This document shows positions 17,837 through 27,594 of a stretch of 64,000 bases of DNA, piece by piece. The translations under genes were made by a program, and so were the position numbers. Within the stretch, counting starts at the first letter, position 1. Each line of letters begins with the position of its first letter. The DNA comes from Acidimicrobiales bacterium (GTDB lineage: Bacteria; Actinomycetota; Acidimicrobiia; Acidimicrobiales; VFJN01), in assembly GCA_040902805.1 (NCBI GenBank), contig JBBDWQ010000019.1, positions 65,774-129,773 of the forward strand. The letters are read 5' to 3'. The notes under the pieces were generated by a model. It saw only the letters and a program-made list of their open reading frames with translations. It did no database searches and had not been told where the DNA came from.

Positions 17837-19249
17837 ATGTTCGACGCACTCTCTGACCGGTTCGACGGGATCTTCAAGCGCCTTCGCGGCAAGGGCAAGC
17901 TCAGCGACGCTGATGTCGACGAGGTCCTCCGAGAGATCCGTGTCGCGCTGCTCGAGGCCGACGTCAACTTCCAGGTCGTCAAGGGGATGCAGGCCCGCAT
18001 CCGTGACCGAGCCATCGGCGTGGAGCTCGCTGAGGCCCTCAACCCTGCCCAGCAGGTCATCAAGATCGTCCACGAGGAGCTGATCAACGTCCTCGGCGGG
18101 GCGACGATGAAGATCACGTACGCGTCGAAGCCGCCGACGGTGGTCCTCATGGCGGGCCTGCAGGGCTCCGGAAAGACGACGAACTCGGCCAAGCTCGCAC
18201 GCTGGTTCAAGCAGCAGGGTCGCAACCCGCTCCTCGTCGGCACCGACCTCCAACGACCGGCGGCGGTCGAACAGCTCCGCATGCTCGGCAAGCAGATCGA
18301 TGTCCCCGTCTTCTCGCAGCCGGGCGACCCGGTCGCCACGGCAGCCGCGGGTCTGGCCGAGGCGCGGCGACTTGGCCGCGACGTGCTGATCGTCGACACC
18401 GCCGGTCGTCTCGCCATCGACGAAGAGCTCATGGAGCAGGTCCGGCAGATCTCTCTGGCCACGACCCCCGACTACACATTCCTCGTCATCGACGCCATGA
18501 CCGGCCAGGACGCTGTCACTGTCGCCGAGTCGTTCAACAGCACCCTCGCTCTCGACGGGGTGATCCTCACCAAGCTCGACGGTGACGCTCGCGGCGGTGC
18601 GGCGCTCAGTGTGAAGGAGGTGGTCGGCAAGCCGATCGCCTTCGCATCGACGGGCGAGAAGCTGGGCGACTTCGAGCCCTTCCATCCCGATCGCCTCGCC
18701 GGACGCATCCTCGGCATGGGCGACGTCCTCACCCTCATCGAAAAGGCCGAGGAGGTCTACGAGAAGGACGCCGCCGAAGAAGCCGCCGCCCGGCTGATGG
18801 ACGGCCGCTTCACCCTTGACGACTTCCTCGACCAGATGCAGCAGCTCAAGAAGATGGGGCCGCTGTCCGGGCTCGTCGGAATGATCCCGGGCATGCCCAA
18901 GGAGCTCAAGAACGCCCAGATCGAGGACGGTCAGATCGCCCGAATCGAGGCGATCATCCGCTCGATGACCCCGGCTGAGCGGGCCGATGTCGATCTGATC
19001 GACGGGTCTCGCCGAGCGCGCATCGCCAATGGCTGCGGGGCTGACCCGGGCGAGGTCGGTGCGCTGGTCAAGCAGTTCAAGGAGATGCAGAAGCTCATGA
19101 AGCGGATGCCGGGCCTGTCAGGCACGAAGAAGGCCCGGGGCAAGGGCGCGAAGGGCAAGAAGGGGAGTGGCGGTGGCCGGGTCACCGTCGCGCCGAAAGT
19201 CCCCCCTACGACCCCCAAGCAGCCCTTCACCCTGCCCGGGTTGCAGTAG
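17837..19249 (+). CDS. ffh: Signal recognition particle protein Ffh
   Basis: Has [14 protein letters not shown] and [10 protein letters not shown], a Met-rich M domain ([14 protein letters not shown]) and a basic C-terminal tail. Confidence 0.95.
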   Translation: MFDALSDRFDGIFKRLRGKGKLSDADVDEVLREIRVALLEADVNFQVVKGMQARIRDRAIGVELAEALNPAQQVIKIVHEELINVLGGATMKITYASKPPTVVLMAGLQGSGKTTNSAKLARWFKQQGRNPLLVGTDLQRPAAVEQLRMLGKQIDVPVFSQPGDPVATAAAGLAEARRLGRDVLIVDTAGRLAIDEELMEQVRQISLATTPDYTFLVIDAMTGQDAVTVAESFNSTLALDGVILTKLDGDARGGAALSVKEVVGKPIAFASTGEKLGDFEPFHPDRLAGRILGMGDVLTLIEKAEEVYEKDAAEEAAARLMDGRFTLDDFLDQMQQLKKMGPLSGLVGMIPGMPKELKNAQIEDGQIARIEAIIRSMTPAERADVDLIDGSRRARIANGCGADPGEVGALVKQFKEMQKLMKRMPGLSGTKKARGKGAKGKKGSGGGRVTVAPKVPPTTPKQPFTLPGLQ

Positions 19250-19319
19250 CAGCCGTCCAGGGACCACCATGGTCCGCCGCACACGGTGCGGGTACACCCT
19301 CGATAAAGGACGAATTGCA

Positions 19320-19604
19320 GTGGCCGTCAAGCTCCGCCTCATGCGCATGGGCAAGAAGAAGCAGCCGACCTATCGCGTCGTGGCTGCCGACTCCCGGTCG
19401 CCGCGCAACGGCCGTTTCATCGAGATCATCGGCACCTACGACCCGCGGCATGATCCGTCGATCGTGAAGATCGACACGGAGCGTGCTGCCGACTGGATCA
19501 GCAAGGGCGCCCAGCCCACTGAGACGGTCGCCCGTCTCATCAAGGTGGCTGAGTCTCAGCCCGCCGTCGTCGAGCCTGCGGCCGACGTCGCCGCCGACGC
19601 ATGA
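19320..19604 (+). CDS. rpsP: 30S ribosomal protein S16
   Basis: GTG 19320 gives (M)[34 protein letters not shown]. Confidence 0.9.
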   Translation: MAVKLRLMRMGKKKQPTYRVVAADSRSPRNGRFIEIIGTYDPRHDPSIVKIDTERAADWISKGAQPTETVARLIKVAESQPAVVEPAADVAADA

Positions 19605-19969
19605 GCGACGATCAGCTCGACCAGGACCTGGACGAAGCGGACGTCAACCGCATCGACGACGCCGACGACGCCGACGATGCCAATGACGACGAAAGAGATG
19701 ACGACGACAGCAACGATGCCGACGAGCCCGCTGGCACCGCCATCTCGGTGCTCGACCTCCTCGTGACGTCGCTGGTCGACGACCCCGATGCCGTACGCAT
19801 CGACCCGATGGAGCAGCGCGACCGCGTGCGCCTCGAGGTGCGAGTCGGTCCCGGCGACATGGGCCGCGTGATCGGCAAGCGAGGACGCGTTGCCAACGCC
19901 ATCCGCACGGTCGTGCGCGCCGCCGCGGTACGCGACGACGTGCAGGTCGACGTCGAATTCGAGGATTGA
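19601..19969 (+). CDS. KH-domain RNA-binding protein (YlqC/Rv2908c-like) with acidic N-terminal extension
   Basis: The GXXG motif is in [16 protein letters not shown]. The ATG overlaps the rpsP stop (ATGA). It lies between rpsP and rimM, as in other bacteria. Confidence 0.8.
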   Translation: MSDDQLDQDLDEADVNRIDDADDADDANDDERDDDDSNDADEPAGTAISVLDLLVTSLVDDPDAVRIDPMEQRDRVRLEVRVGPGDMGRVIGKRGRVANAIRTVVRAAAVRDDVQVDVEFED

Positions 19970-19973
19970 CCCA

Positions 19974-20435
19974 CTGCTTGAAGTTGGGCGTATCACGAAG
20001 GCGTTTGGGTTGCGGGGCGAGGTGCTCGTCGCTCTGAGCTCTGACCGGACGTCACGCCTGGATCCCGGTTCCGTGCTCATGACGGACCGAGGCGACCTCA
20101 CCGTGGTGTCTTCGGCCCAGCACGCCGATCGCTGGATCGTGCAGTTCGATGGCGTGTACGACCGTGACGTCGCCGAGACGTGGCGGGGGGTCGTGCTGCG
20201 GGCCGAGCCCATCGAGGACGATGAGGACGAGACCCTGTGGGTCCATGAGCTGATCGGTGCCACCGTCGAGCTGTTGGACGGATCTGTGGCCGGAACCATC
20301 GTCGAGGTGCAGGGCAACCCCGCGAGTGACCTCCTGGTGCTCGACAACGACGCCCTCGTGCCGGTGGCCTTCATCACCGCTCATGTCCCCGGCAAGGTCA
20401 CCATCGACCCGCCCGAGGGCCTGTTCGACGTCTAG
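19974..20435 (+). CDS. rimM: 16S rRNA processing protein RimM
   Basis: Carries [17 protein letters not shown] and a PRC-barrel C-terminus. The start is given as CTG 19974 (best fit to the family N-terminus, with GAGGA 8 nt upstream). The only upstream canonical start is TTG 19890; downstream alternatives are TTG 20010 and GTG 20022. Confidence 0.85.
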   Translation: MLEVGRITKAFGLRGEVLVALSSDRTSRLDPGSVLMTDRGDLTVVSSAQHADRWIVQFDGVYDRDVAETWRGVVLRAEPIEDDEDETLWVHELIGATVELLDGSVAGTIVEVQGNPASDLLVLDNDALVPVAFITAHVPGKVTIDPPEGLFDV

Positions 20436-20454
20436 CCCTACGCTCAGTCTCGTC

Positions 20455-21174
20455 ATGCGCATCGACGTGTTCACCATCTTCCCCGACATGGTCACGGGGT
20501 TCGCTGGCCACAGCCTTCTCGGCAAGGCGCAGGCCGCTGGCGCCATCGACCTGCGCGTGCATGACCTTCGAGCGCATGCGACGGGCCTCCACCGCCCCGT
20601 CGATGACTCTCCCTTTGGGGGAGGAGCGGGGATGGTGCTCATGGCCGAGCCGGTGTTTGCCGCTGTCGAGGCCGTCGACCCACCCCGTCCGCTGCACTAT
20701 CTGAGCCCCGCCGGACGGCGCTTCGACCAGGCGCAGGCGCGAGTGCTGGCGGAGGGGCCAGGCTTCAGCCTGCTGTGTGGTCGGTACGAGGGGCTCGATG
20801 AGCGCGTGCGCGAGCACCTGGTGGACGAGGAGCTCTCGATCGGCGACTACGTGCTGGGCGGGGGAGAGGTGGCGGCGATGGTGGTGCTCGAAGCGGTGAC
20901 GCGCCTTGTGCCGGGCGTCATGGGCAATGACTCGTCCGCGGACGACGAGTCCTTCAGCGACGGCCTGCTCGAGTACCCGCACTACACGCGTCCCGCAGAC
21001 TTCCGCGGTTGGGACGTGCCACCGGTGCTGCGATCGGGCGACCATGCACGAATCGAGCGCTGGCGCCGAGCCCAGGCTCTGGCCCGCACCGTCGAGCGGC
21101 GCCCCGACCTGATCGCCGCTCGGGGTGGCCTCACCGTTGACGAGCAGGCGCTCCTGGACGAGCTGGAGGGCTGA
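20455..21174 (+). CDS. trmD: tRNA (guanine37-N1)-methyltransferase TrmD
   Basis: Begins [13 protein letters not shown] and carries [20 protein letters not shown] and [10 protein letters not shown]. Confidence 0.95.
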   Translation: MRIDVFTIFPDMVTGFAGHSLLGKAQAAGAIDLRVHDLRAHATGLHRPVDDSPFGGGAGMVLMAEPVFAAVEAVDPPRPLHYLSPAGRRFDQAQARVLAEGPGFSLLCGRYEGLDERVREHLVDEELSIGDYVLGGGEVAAMVVLEAVTRLVPGVMGNDSSADDESFSDGLLEYPHYTRPADFRGWDVPPVLRSGDHARIERWRRAQALARTVERRPDLIAARGGLTVDEQALLDELEG

Positions 21175-21275
21175 CGGGCCTGGTCCGCGGGTTCGACCGG
21201 TGAATGGTCTCCCGCCTAGTCTTTCCTGTCCTACGGAAACCTCCGCTCACCCCCGGCTCTCGGAGCGAATCAGCC

Positions 21276-21623
21276 ATGCAACCCACCGATCTCGTCGACC
21301 AGTCCAGCCTGCGCACGGACATCCCGGACTTTGGTCCGGGGGACACCCTCAAGGTCCACGTCCGCGTGGTCGAGGGCTCGAAGGAGCGGCTGCAGGTGTT
21401 CCAGGGCGCCGTCATCGCCCGCCAGGGTGCTGGTCTGCGCGAGACGTTCACGGTCCGCAAGGTCTCCTACGGCGTGGGCGTGGAGCGCACCTTCCCGATG
21501 CACGCACCAACGATCGGCAAGATCGAGGTCGTCAGCCGCGGCGACGTGCGACGGGCCAAGCTCTACTACCTCCGAGATCGGGTGGGTAAGGCCGCCAAGA
21601 TCAAGGAGAAGCGCGACCGCTGA
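21276..21623 (+). CDS. rplS: 50S ribosomal protein L19
   Basis: Carries [28 protein letters not shown]...RRAKLYYLR. Confidence 0.95.
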   Translation: MQPTDLVDQSSLRTDIPDFGPGDTLKVHVRVVEGSKERLQVFQGAVIARQGAGLRETFTVRKVSYGVGVERTFPMHAPTIGKIEVVSRGDVRRAKLYYLRDRVGKAAKIKEKRDR

Positions 21624-22231
21624 CCGCGGCTCCGATTCTTCACAAGCGCCTGAAGGCGCTTCTCGAGCTCCCGCTCCTGGTGATCGCGGCTCTGGTGATC
21701 ACCCTCGTGGTGAAGGCCTTCCTCGCGCAGGCATTCTTCATCCCAAGCGCGTCGATGGAACCTCAGCTGCGCGAAGGCGACCGCGTGGTCGTCTCGCGGA
21801 CTTCGTATCGCCTGCACGACATCAATCGCGGGGACGTCGTTGTCTTCCCGTCGCCGGCGGTGCCGGCCGAGAAGGAGGGGCTCGCCATGCGGCTCGTGCA
21901 TGACGTGCTCGAGAGTGTGGCGCTCCGCGATCCCGGTGATCGGGAGCTGATCAAGCGGGTCATCGGCCTCCCCGGCGAGACGATCGAGGGGCGCGATGGC
22001 CATGTGCGCATCAACGGCAGTCGCCTGTTCGAGCCCTATCTGACGCTCGATGTCGTCACGAGCGACTTCGGTCCTGTCGAGATCCCCGAGGGTCGCGTCT
22101 TCGTCATGGGTGACAACCGGACGAACTCTCACGACAGTCGATTTCCCGATATCGGGACGATCGACGTCGACACGCTGGTCGGCAGGGCCATCGCACGGGT
22201 CTGGCCTCCGGCTCGCACTGCCTTCCTCTGA
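21620..22231 (+). CDS. lepB: Signal peptidase I
   Basis: Has the Ser box IPSASMEP, the Lys box KRVIGLPGE and [11 protein letters not shown]. The first canonical start is GTG 21680. Start is given at CTG 21620 (CTGA overlap with the rplS stop) because the basic-then-hydrophobic N-terminus [19 protein letters not shown] lies upstream of the GTG (see finding). Confidence 0.85.
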   Translation: MTAAPILHKRLKALLELPLLVIAALVITLVVKAFLAQAFFIPSASMEPQLREGDRVVVSRTSYRLHDINRGDVVVFPSPAVPAEKEGLAMRLVHDVLESVALRDPGDRELIKRVIGLPGETIEGRDGHVRINGSRLFEPYLTLDVVTSDFGPVEIPEGRVFVMGDNRTNSHDSRFPDIGTIDVDTLVGRAIARVWPPARTAFL

Positions 22232-22257
22232 GCGCGCCTGGCGGTAGCGTGGCCTGC

Positions 22258-22551
22258 ATGTCGACCGAGGACCTCGAGCGATACGAAGCGGAGATCGAGC
22301 TTCAGCTCTACAGGGAGTACAAGGACGTCGCACCGATGTTCTCCTTTGTGGTGGAGACCGAGCGGCGCTTCTACCTCGCCAACGAGGTCAGCAAGACCGT
22401 CCGAAACGAGGATGGTCGCACGTACGTCGAGCTCCAGATGCGCGACGCGTGGGTCTGGGACATGTATCGCACCACCCGCTTCGTCGCCGCCGTGTCCATC
22501 GTGACCTTCAAGGACGTCAACATCGAGGAGCTCCCCAAGAAGGAGCTCTGA
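22258..22551 (+). CDS. DUF2469 family protein (actinobacterial conserved)
   Basis: The pattern MSTEDLERYEAEIELQLYREYKDV...AWVWDMYR is recognised from actinobacterial DUF2469 (Rv2901c-like). The syntenic position is after lepB. Confidence 0.85.
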   Translation: MSTEDLERYEAEIELQLYREYKDVAPMFSFVVETERRFYLANEVSKTVRNEDGRTYVELQMRDAWVWDMYRTTRFVAAVSIVTFKDVNIEELPKKEL

Positions 22552-22554
22552 GCC

Positions 22555-22899
22555 GTGGCCGATGGGCGACGCGCACTAGGTGCTGCGGGCGAGAACCGGG
22601 CCGCCGCGTGGTACGAGTCGAACGGCTACACGATCGTGGAGCGCAACTGGCGCTGCCGCGATGGCGAGCTCGATCTCATCGTCAGCCGCGGCCGCGATCT
22701 GGTCTTCGTCGAGGTGAAGACACGCACGTCGGATCGGTTCGGCCTTCCCGCCGAGGCAGTGACCGCCACCAAGCAGCGTCGGATCCGGAAGCTGGCCGGT
22801 CGATACCTGGCAGAGACGAGCTCGGTCGCAGGTGGCCTCCGCTTCGATGTGGTGGCAATTCTCGGTGATCAGCTCGAGGTGATCGAAGCGGCGTTCTGA
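22555..22899 (+). CDS. YraN-family endonuclease (UPF0102)
   Basis: Carries GENRAAAWYESNGYTIVERNWRCRDGELDLI...VFVEVKTR. Confidence 0.85.
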   Translation: MADGRRALGAAGENRAAAWYESNGYTIVERNWRCRDGELDLIVSRGRDLVFVEVKTRTSDRFGLPAEAVTATKQRRIRKLAGRYLAETSSVAGGLRFDVVAILGDQLEVIEAAF

Positions 22900-22906
22900 C
22901 GTCGGC

Positions 22907-23017
22907 TCAGCCGAGGATCGCCCACAGGATGAGCACGATGCAGGCCAAGACGGCACCGACAACCATCAGGTAGTCGGCGGCGGAGCGTCGGTGCTGGTGG
23001 AACGGGTTCAGGCCCAT
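22907..23017 (-). CDS. Possible small membrane protein (36 aa, MGLNPFHQHRRSAADYLMVVGAVLACIVLILWAILG)
   Basis: Found by manual translation of the 130-nt gap. It has ATG..TGA, a basic N-terminus followed by one clean TM helix, and G/C-rich third positions. It is below the ORF-track length cutoff. Confidence 0.35.
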   Translation of the reverse strand: MGLNPFHQHRRSAADYLMVVGAVLACIVLILWAILG

Positions 23018-23037
23018 CGGTTAAGTATCGTGCCGCG

Positions 23038-23811
23038 ATGGACACCTTGCAGGTCGAGCGAGCCGATGGGACCGTCACGATCACCTTGGATCGGCCCCGG
23101 AAGAAGAACGCCATCAACCACGTCATGTGGGACGAGCTCCTCGAGGTCGCCTCAGCGATCGTCCGTTCCTCCGACGATCGCTGTGTCGTGATCACGGGCG
23201 CCGGCGGAGACTTCTGCTCGGGCGCGGACCTGAGCGGTGATGGCGGTGCGGGCGCAACCCACCAGCTCGCCAACATGCGCGCGATCAACGCGGTGCTGCA
23301 GGCGTTCCACGAGCTGCCGCAGCCGACGATCGCCAAGGTCAACGGCGTGGCGGCAGGAGTGGGGCTCAGCCTTGCGCTGGGCTGCGATCTCGTGGTGGCC
23401 ACCGAGGAATCGCGGTTCTCCACGATCTTCGCCAAGCGGGGCCTGTCGCTCGACGGTGGACAGTCCTGGCTCCTGCCCCGCATCGTAGGCATGCACCGCG
23501 CCAAGGAGCTGGCGCTGCTTGCCGATGTGCTGCCCGCAGCAGAGGTCCTCGCGATGGGGCTGATCAACCGCGTGGTGCCCGCAGCCGAGATCGACGATGT
23601 GGTGGCGGACTGGGCGACTCGTCTCGCCGCCGGGCCACCGATCGCGCTGGCGATGACCAAGCGCATGCTCAACCGCGCCTTCGAGCAGAGCTTCGAGCAG
23701 GCCCTCGATGACGAGGCCCGCTGTCAGACGGTGAACTTCAGCACGCAGGACACGGCCGAGGCCATCACCGCGTTCCTGCAGAAGCGAGATCCGAAGTTCA
23801 TCGGTCGCTGA
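23038..23811 (+). CDS. Enoyl-CoA hydratase/isomerase family protein
   Basis: Carries PRKKNAINH, VVITGAGGDFCSGADL and AKVNGVAAGVGLSLALGCD. Confidence 0.9.
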   Translation: MDTLQVERADGTVTITLDRPRKKNAINHVMWDELLEVASAIVRSSDDRCVVITGAGGDFCSGADLSGDGGAGATHQLANMRAINAVLQAFHELPQPTIAKVNGVAAGVGLSLALGCDLVVATEESRFSTIFAKRGLSLDGGQSWLLPRIVGMHRAKELALLADVLPAAEVLAMGLINRVVPAAEIDDVVADWATRLAAGPPIALAMTKRMLNRAFEQSFEQALDDEARCQTVNFSTQDTAEAITAFLQKRDPKFIGR

Positions 23812-23939
23812 GTCCCGACCGTCGCCCGCCCAGCGCGAACTGACCCTTTCGCAGCGTCAGCCGGACTGCCTACTCTCCTAGGAGCGCCTCGATGGCCGGC
23901 GCCTGACGGCCTCCTCATCGCCCGTCACCCTCCCACGGG

Positions 23940-25487
23940 GTGCTTGCCAGAGGAGCAGCCGTGCTCGGCCTCGTCCCCTCCGCATCCTTGCTCGGCGTCG
24001 ACGGCCACGCCGTAACCGTTGAGGTCCACATCACCACGGGTCTGCCCTCGTTCACGGTGGTGGGGTTGCCCGATGCGTCATGCCGCGAGGCGCGCGATCG
24101 CGTCCGTGCCGCGCTGCAGTCGAGCGACTGCGAGTGGCCGATGCGGCGGGTCACGGTGAACCTGGCCCCACCCACGGTTCGCAAGGTCGGCTCTGGCCTC
24201 GATCTGGCCATCGCTGTCGCGATGCTCGTTGCCTCAGGGCAGGTTCGACAGCAGCAGGTCGGGTCCCGGGCCTTCCTCGGTGAGCTCGGCTTGGACGGCA
24301 CCGTCCGAGGCGTTGCCGGCACGATCTGCTTGATCGACGCCACCGGCAACGGTCCGTTGGTGTTGAGCGCCGACGGTGTCGAGGAGGCACGACTCGTGGG
24401 CACTCGTGTCCTCCACCCGGTGCGAACCCTGCGGGAGGTGGTCGCCTGCCTGCGAGACGAGGAGCCATGGCCCACCCCTGGCCCCGCACTCTTGACCCCA
24501 CCCGCCCCGGAAATCGCTGACCTGGCGGATGTGCGCGGTCAACCCGTGGCCCGCTTCGCCCTCGAGGTAGCTGCGGCCGGCGGCCACCACCTCTTGATGT
24601 TCGGTCCGCCCGGGTCGGGAAAGACCATGCTCGCAGCCCGCCTCCCCGGCCTCCTGCCGCCGCTCGATGATCGTCAGGCCCTCGAGACCACCCGCATCCA
24701 TTCGGCCGCGGGCCTCTCGATCCCGCGCGGTGCCCTCGTGCGCCATCCACCATTTCGTGCCCCCCACCATGGCGCTTCCTCCGTCGCCTTGGTGGGGGGC
24801 GGCACGGCGCTCATGCGACCGGGCGAGATCAGCGCCGCCGCCAATGGGGTTCTGTTCCTGGACGAGCTGGCTGAGTTCGCACCCCACGTGCTCGATGCCC
24901 TCCGCCAGCCGCTCGAGGAGGGCGTGGTGCGCGTGGCGCGAGCGGCCGCCACCGTGGCGTTCCCAGCGCGCTTTCTACTCGTCGGCGCCATGAACCCGTG
25001 TCCGTGTGGGTATGGAAGCCAACCGGGCGGATGTCGCTGCACGGATGGTGCCCGCCTTCGCTACCAGCGCCGCCTGTCCGGTCCGTTGCTCGATCGATTC
25101 GACCTGCGCGTCGAGGTCAGCCGTCCTCGGGTGGAGGATCTCCTGGGCCACGAGCGGGGTGAGTCGTCGACTGCAGTCGCCGCCCGCGTGGTGGAGGCAC
25201 GAGATCTCGCCGTCATGCGAGGGGTGCGCTCCAACGCCGAGCTCCCCGTCAGCGACCTCGACGCCGTCGCGCCGCTCGTCGACAGTGCGGCGACGCTGCT
25301 CGAAGACGCGTTGCGTTCGGGTCGCCTCTCCGCGCGGGGGCTCCACCGGGTCCGACGAGTCGCCCGCACGATCGCCGACCTGCAAGGTGCCCCGCACGAG
25401 CTCACCCCAGCTCATGTGGCGCTTGCGCTCAGCTTGCGAGCCGATGCGTCGACGGTCGCGTCCGCTTCGCAGGAGCTGACGGGGTGA
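23940..25487 (+). CDS. comM: Mg-chelatase-like AAA+ ATPase YifB/ComM
   Basis: Has an N-terminal Lon-protease-like domain, Walker A GPPGSGKTM, Walker B VLFLDELAEF, and the C-terminal CPCG...C Cys cluster typical of the family. Confidence 0.9.
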   Translation: MLARGAAVLGLVPSASLLGVDGHAVTVEVHITTGLPSFTVVGLPDASCREARDRVRAALQSSDCEWPMRRVTVNLAPPTVRKVGSGLDLAIAVAMLVASGQVRQQQVGSRAFLGELGLDGTVRGVAGTICLIDATGNGPLVLSADGVEEARLVGTRVLHPVRTLREVVACLRDEEPWPTPGPALLTPPAPEIADLADVRGQPVARFALEVAAAGGHHLLMFGPPGSGKTMLAARLPGLLPPLDDRQALETTRIHSAAGLSIPRGALVRHPPFRAPHHGASSVALVGGGTALMRPGEISAAANGVLFLDELAEFAPHVLDALRQPLEEGVVRVARAAATVAFPARFLLVGAMNPCPCGYGSQPGGCRCTDGARLRYQRRLSGPLLDRFDLRVEVSRPRVEDLLGHERGESSTAVAARVVEARDLAVMRGVRSNAELPVSDLDAVAPLVDSAATLLEDALRSGRLSARGLHRVRRVARTIADLQGAPHELTPAHVALALSLRADASTVASASQELTG

Positions 25488-26641
25488 GCGAGGCGGACGA
25501 GCAACGGGGTGCCGCGATTGTGCTGGCGGGTCTCCCGGGCATGGGACCGCGCCGCCTTGCGGCGCTGCTCTCTGCTTGGGAGCCCTCCGACGCACTTGCC
25601 CGCGTCGCCTCCGGACGCGCTGATCGTCTCGTGCTCCCGGACGGGTCGCCCGTGCTGGCCGACGCCAACCCCGGCCGTCTCGACAACATTCGCACCGCCT
25701 GGGCCGCCGCTGCGTCCGACGCGGACCCAGTCGCGGCTCGAGCCGCGCACGCGGCGCTGGATGTGGCGGTCATCCTGCGCGACGACCCGCGCTACCCGGA
25801 CGCCCTGGCTGACGACGTTGAGCCGCCGTCTGTGCTGTTCGCTCTCGGTTCCCTGGAGTGCCTTCACCACCCGCGGGTCGCGGTGGTGGGAACCCGTCGC
25901 TGTACAGGCGCCGGAGCCGGGGTGGCGCGGGAGCTCGGCCGCGATCTCACGATCGCCGGGGTGGCGATCGTCTCCGGGCTTGCGCTCGGCATCGACGGAG
26001 CCGCGCATCGCGGAGCCCTCGATGCCAGCGCGGATGGGCAGGCCACCGGCGCACCGGTTGGCGTCGTGGGCTCCGGCCTCGACGTGGTGTACCCAGCTCG
26101 GCATCGCGACCTATGGAGCGCGGTGTCTGCGGCGGGGGTGCTGCTCAGCGAAACACCTCTCGGGGTGCGTCCCTCGGCCTGGCGGTTTCCCGCCCGCAAC
26201 CGCATCATCGCCGCGCTGGCCGATGTGGTTGTCGTCGTGGAGTCGCACGCGGCCGGGGGGTCCCTCCACACGGTCACCGAGGCCGAGCGCCGCGACGTAC
26301 CCGTGCTCGCGGTCCCGGGCTCGGTGCGCAGCCCGTCAGCCGCTGGCACCAACCAGCTGCTCGCCGATGGGTGCCACCCCGCCCGCGATGCGGACGATGT
26401 GCTGGTAGCGCTTGGTCTCACGCCAGCAGCCCGACGCAACGGCTCGGACCGTCGGCCGACGCCGGACGTGGCCGGTCGGGCCCTGCTGGATGCGTTGGAC
26501 TGGGAGCCGGCCACCCTCGAGCAGCTGGCCCTCCGCAGCGGTCACGCGCTGGGATCGTTGGCGTTGACCCTCGAGGGTCTGGTCACGCAGGGGTGGGTGG
26601 CGGTGCGAGGAGGGTGGTACGAGAGGCTGGCGCCCCGATGA
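25484..26641 (+). CDS. dprA: DNA-processing protein DprA (Smf)
   Basis: Has a Rossmann-like core (VAVVGTRRCT..G...A..L...GV.IVSGLALGIDGAAHRGAL, PARNRIIAAL). The GTG overlaps the comM stop. Confidence 0.9.
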   Translation: MSEADEQRGAAIVLAGLPGMGPRRLAALLSAWEPSDALARVASGRADRLVLPDGSPVLADANPGRLDNIRTAWAAAASDADPVAARAAHAALDVAVILRDDPRYPDALADDVEPPSVLFALGSLECLHHPRVAVVGTRRCTGAGAGVARELGRDLTIAGVAIVSGLALGIDGAAHRGALDASADGQATGAPVGVVGSGLDVVYPARHRDLWSAVSAAGVLLSETPLGVRPSAWRFPARNRIIAALADVVVVVESHAAGGSLHTVTEAERRDVPVLAVPGSVRSPSAAGTNQLLADGCHPARDADDVLVALGLTPAARRNGSDRRPTPDVAGRALLDALDWEPATLEQLALRSGHALGSLALTLEGLVTQGWVAVRGGWYERLAPR

Positions 26642-26696
26642 TTCCGCAGACGGCTGGTTCCCGGACGCCGCGATCGCGTGGCGGTACGGTGCAACC

Positions 26697-27578
26697 ATGG
26701 CCTGGCGCGTGCACGAGTTCCTCGAATCGCTCGCGTCGGTCGCGCCTCGCACGGTTGATGCATACAGCAGCGACCTCGAGGGCTTTGCTGCATGGGCTGG
26801 GTCCGAAGGCATCGATGCACCTCAGGACGTGGATCGCCTCCTGCTTCGCCGGTACGTCGCCTATCTCGCGACCAACGGCTACGCGCGTCGATCGATCGGA
26901 CGCAAGGCGTCGACGTTGCGTCGCTACTTCGCGTGGGCGACTCGAACCGGGTTGCTGGCCGCGGATCCAGCCAGCGCGTTGTCGGCCCCGCGGGGCGACG
27001 GTCGTCTGCCCCGCGTCCTGCGCCAAGACGAGCTCAACGTGCTCCTTGATGCCCCGCCCGCCGCGCTCGGCGAGCAGTCTCCGGCGCTGCGAGCCCGCGA
27101 CGATGCCGTGCTCGAGGTGCTCTACGGCAGCGGACTGCGCGTGGGCGAGCTCTGCGGCCTGGCCGTGGGCGATCTCGACCTTGGTCGAGCCCGCGCCGTG
27201 GTGTGGGGGAAGGGCGGCAAGCAGAGGACGGTCCCCCTCAGCGAGCCAGCCGTGGCCGCGCTGCGGGCTTGGGTCGACACCCACCGCGATGAGTTGCACA
27301 GCTCGGAGTCGCCACCAGACGCTGTCTTCCTCAACCAGCGCGGGAAGCAGCTCACTCCCCGTGACGTGCGGCGACTGCTCGACCGTCGGGCACCCTCGCC
27401 CACCCACCCTCATGCCTTGCGCCACACCTTCGCTACCCACCTGCTCGACGGTGGCGCCGACCTGCGTGCGGTCCAGGAGCTGCTCGGTCACGCCGATCTG
27501 TCGACAACTCAGCGATACACTCACGTCAGCCGAGAGAGGCTTCGGTCCGTTTACGACGCCACGCACCCTCGGGCCTAG
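26697..27578 (+). CDS. xerC: Tyrosine recombinase XerC
   Basis: Carries LLYGSGLRVGEL (Arg), HALRHTFATHLL (HxxR) and LGHADLSTTQRYTH (catalytic Tyr). It follows dprA, as in mycobacteria. Confidence 0.9.
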   Translation: MAWRVHEFLESLASVAPRTVDAYSSDLEGFAAWAGSEGIDAPQDVDRLLLRRYVAYLATNGYARRSIGRKASTLRRYFAWATRTGLLAADPASALSAPRGDGRLPRVLRQDELNVLLDAPPAALGEQSPALRARDDAVLEVLYGSGLRVGELCGLAVGDLDLGRARAVVWGKGGKQRTVPLSEPAVAALRAWVDTHRDELHSSESPPDAVFLNQRGKQLTPRDVRRLLDRRAPSPTHPHALRHTFATHLLDGGADLRAVQELLGHADLSTTQRYTHVSRERLRSVYDATHPRA

Positions 27579-27594
27579 GGCGAGAGGCCAATTC

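Noticed and set aside
22232-22257. No RNase HII (rnhB) between lepB and DUF2469, where mycobacteria have it.
   Set aside because: A gene missing from one syntenic slot is not evidence of anything. rnhB may be encoded elsewhere, and this cannot be assessed from one window.
26697-27578. A tyrosine recombinase, considered as a possible integrase marking a mobile element.
   Set aside because: It sits in the conserved comM-dprA-xerC backbone with housekeeping genes on both sides. There are no att-like repeats, tRNA, phage or transposon genes, so it is called as chromosomal XerC.
25858-27594. The N-terminal ~580 aa of the 839-aa + ORF spanning dprA and xerC.
   Set aside because: It is an out-of-frame read-through across two well-supported genes with an Arg/Pro/Gly-rich composition. 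Only the last 260 aa (from GTG 27595) is the real sigma factor.
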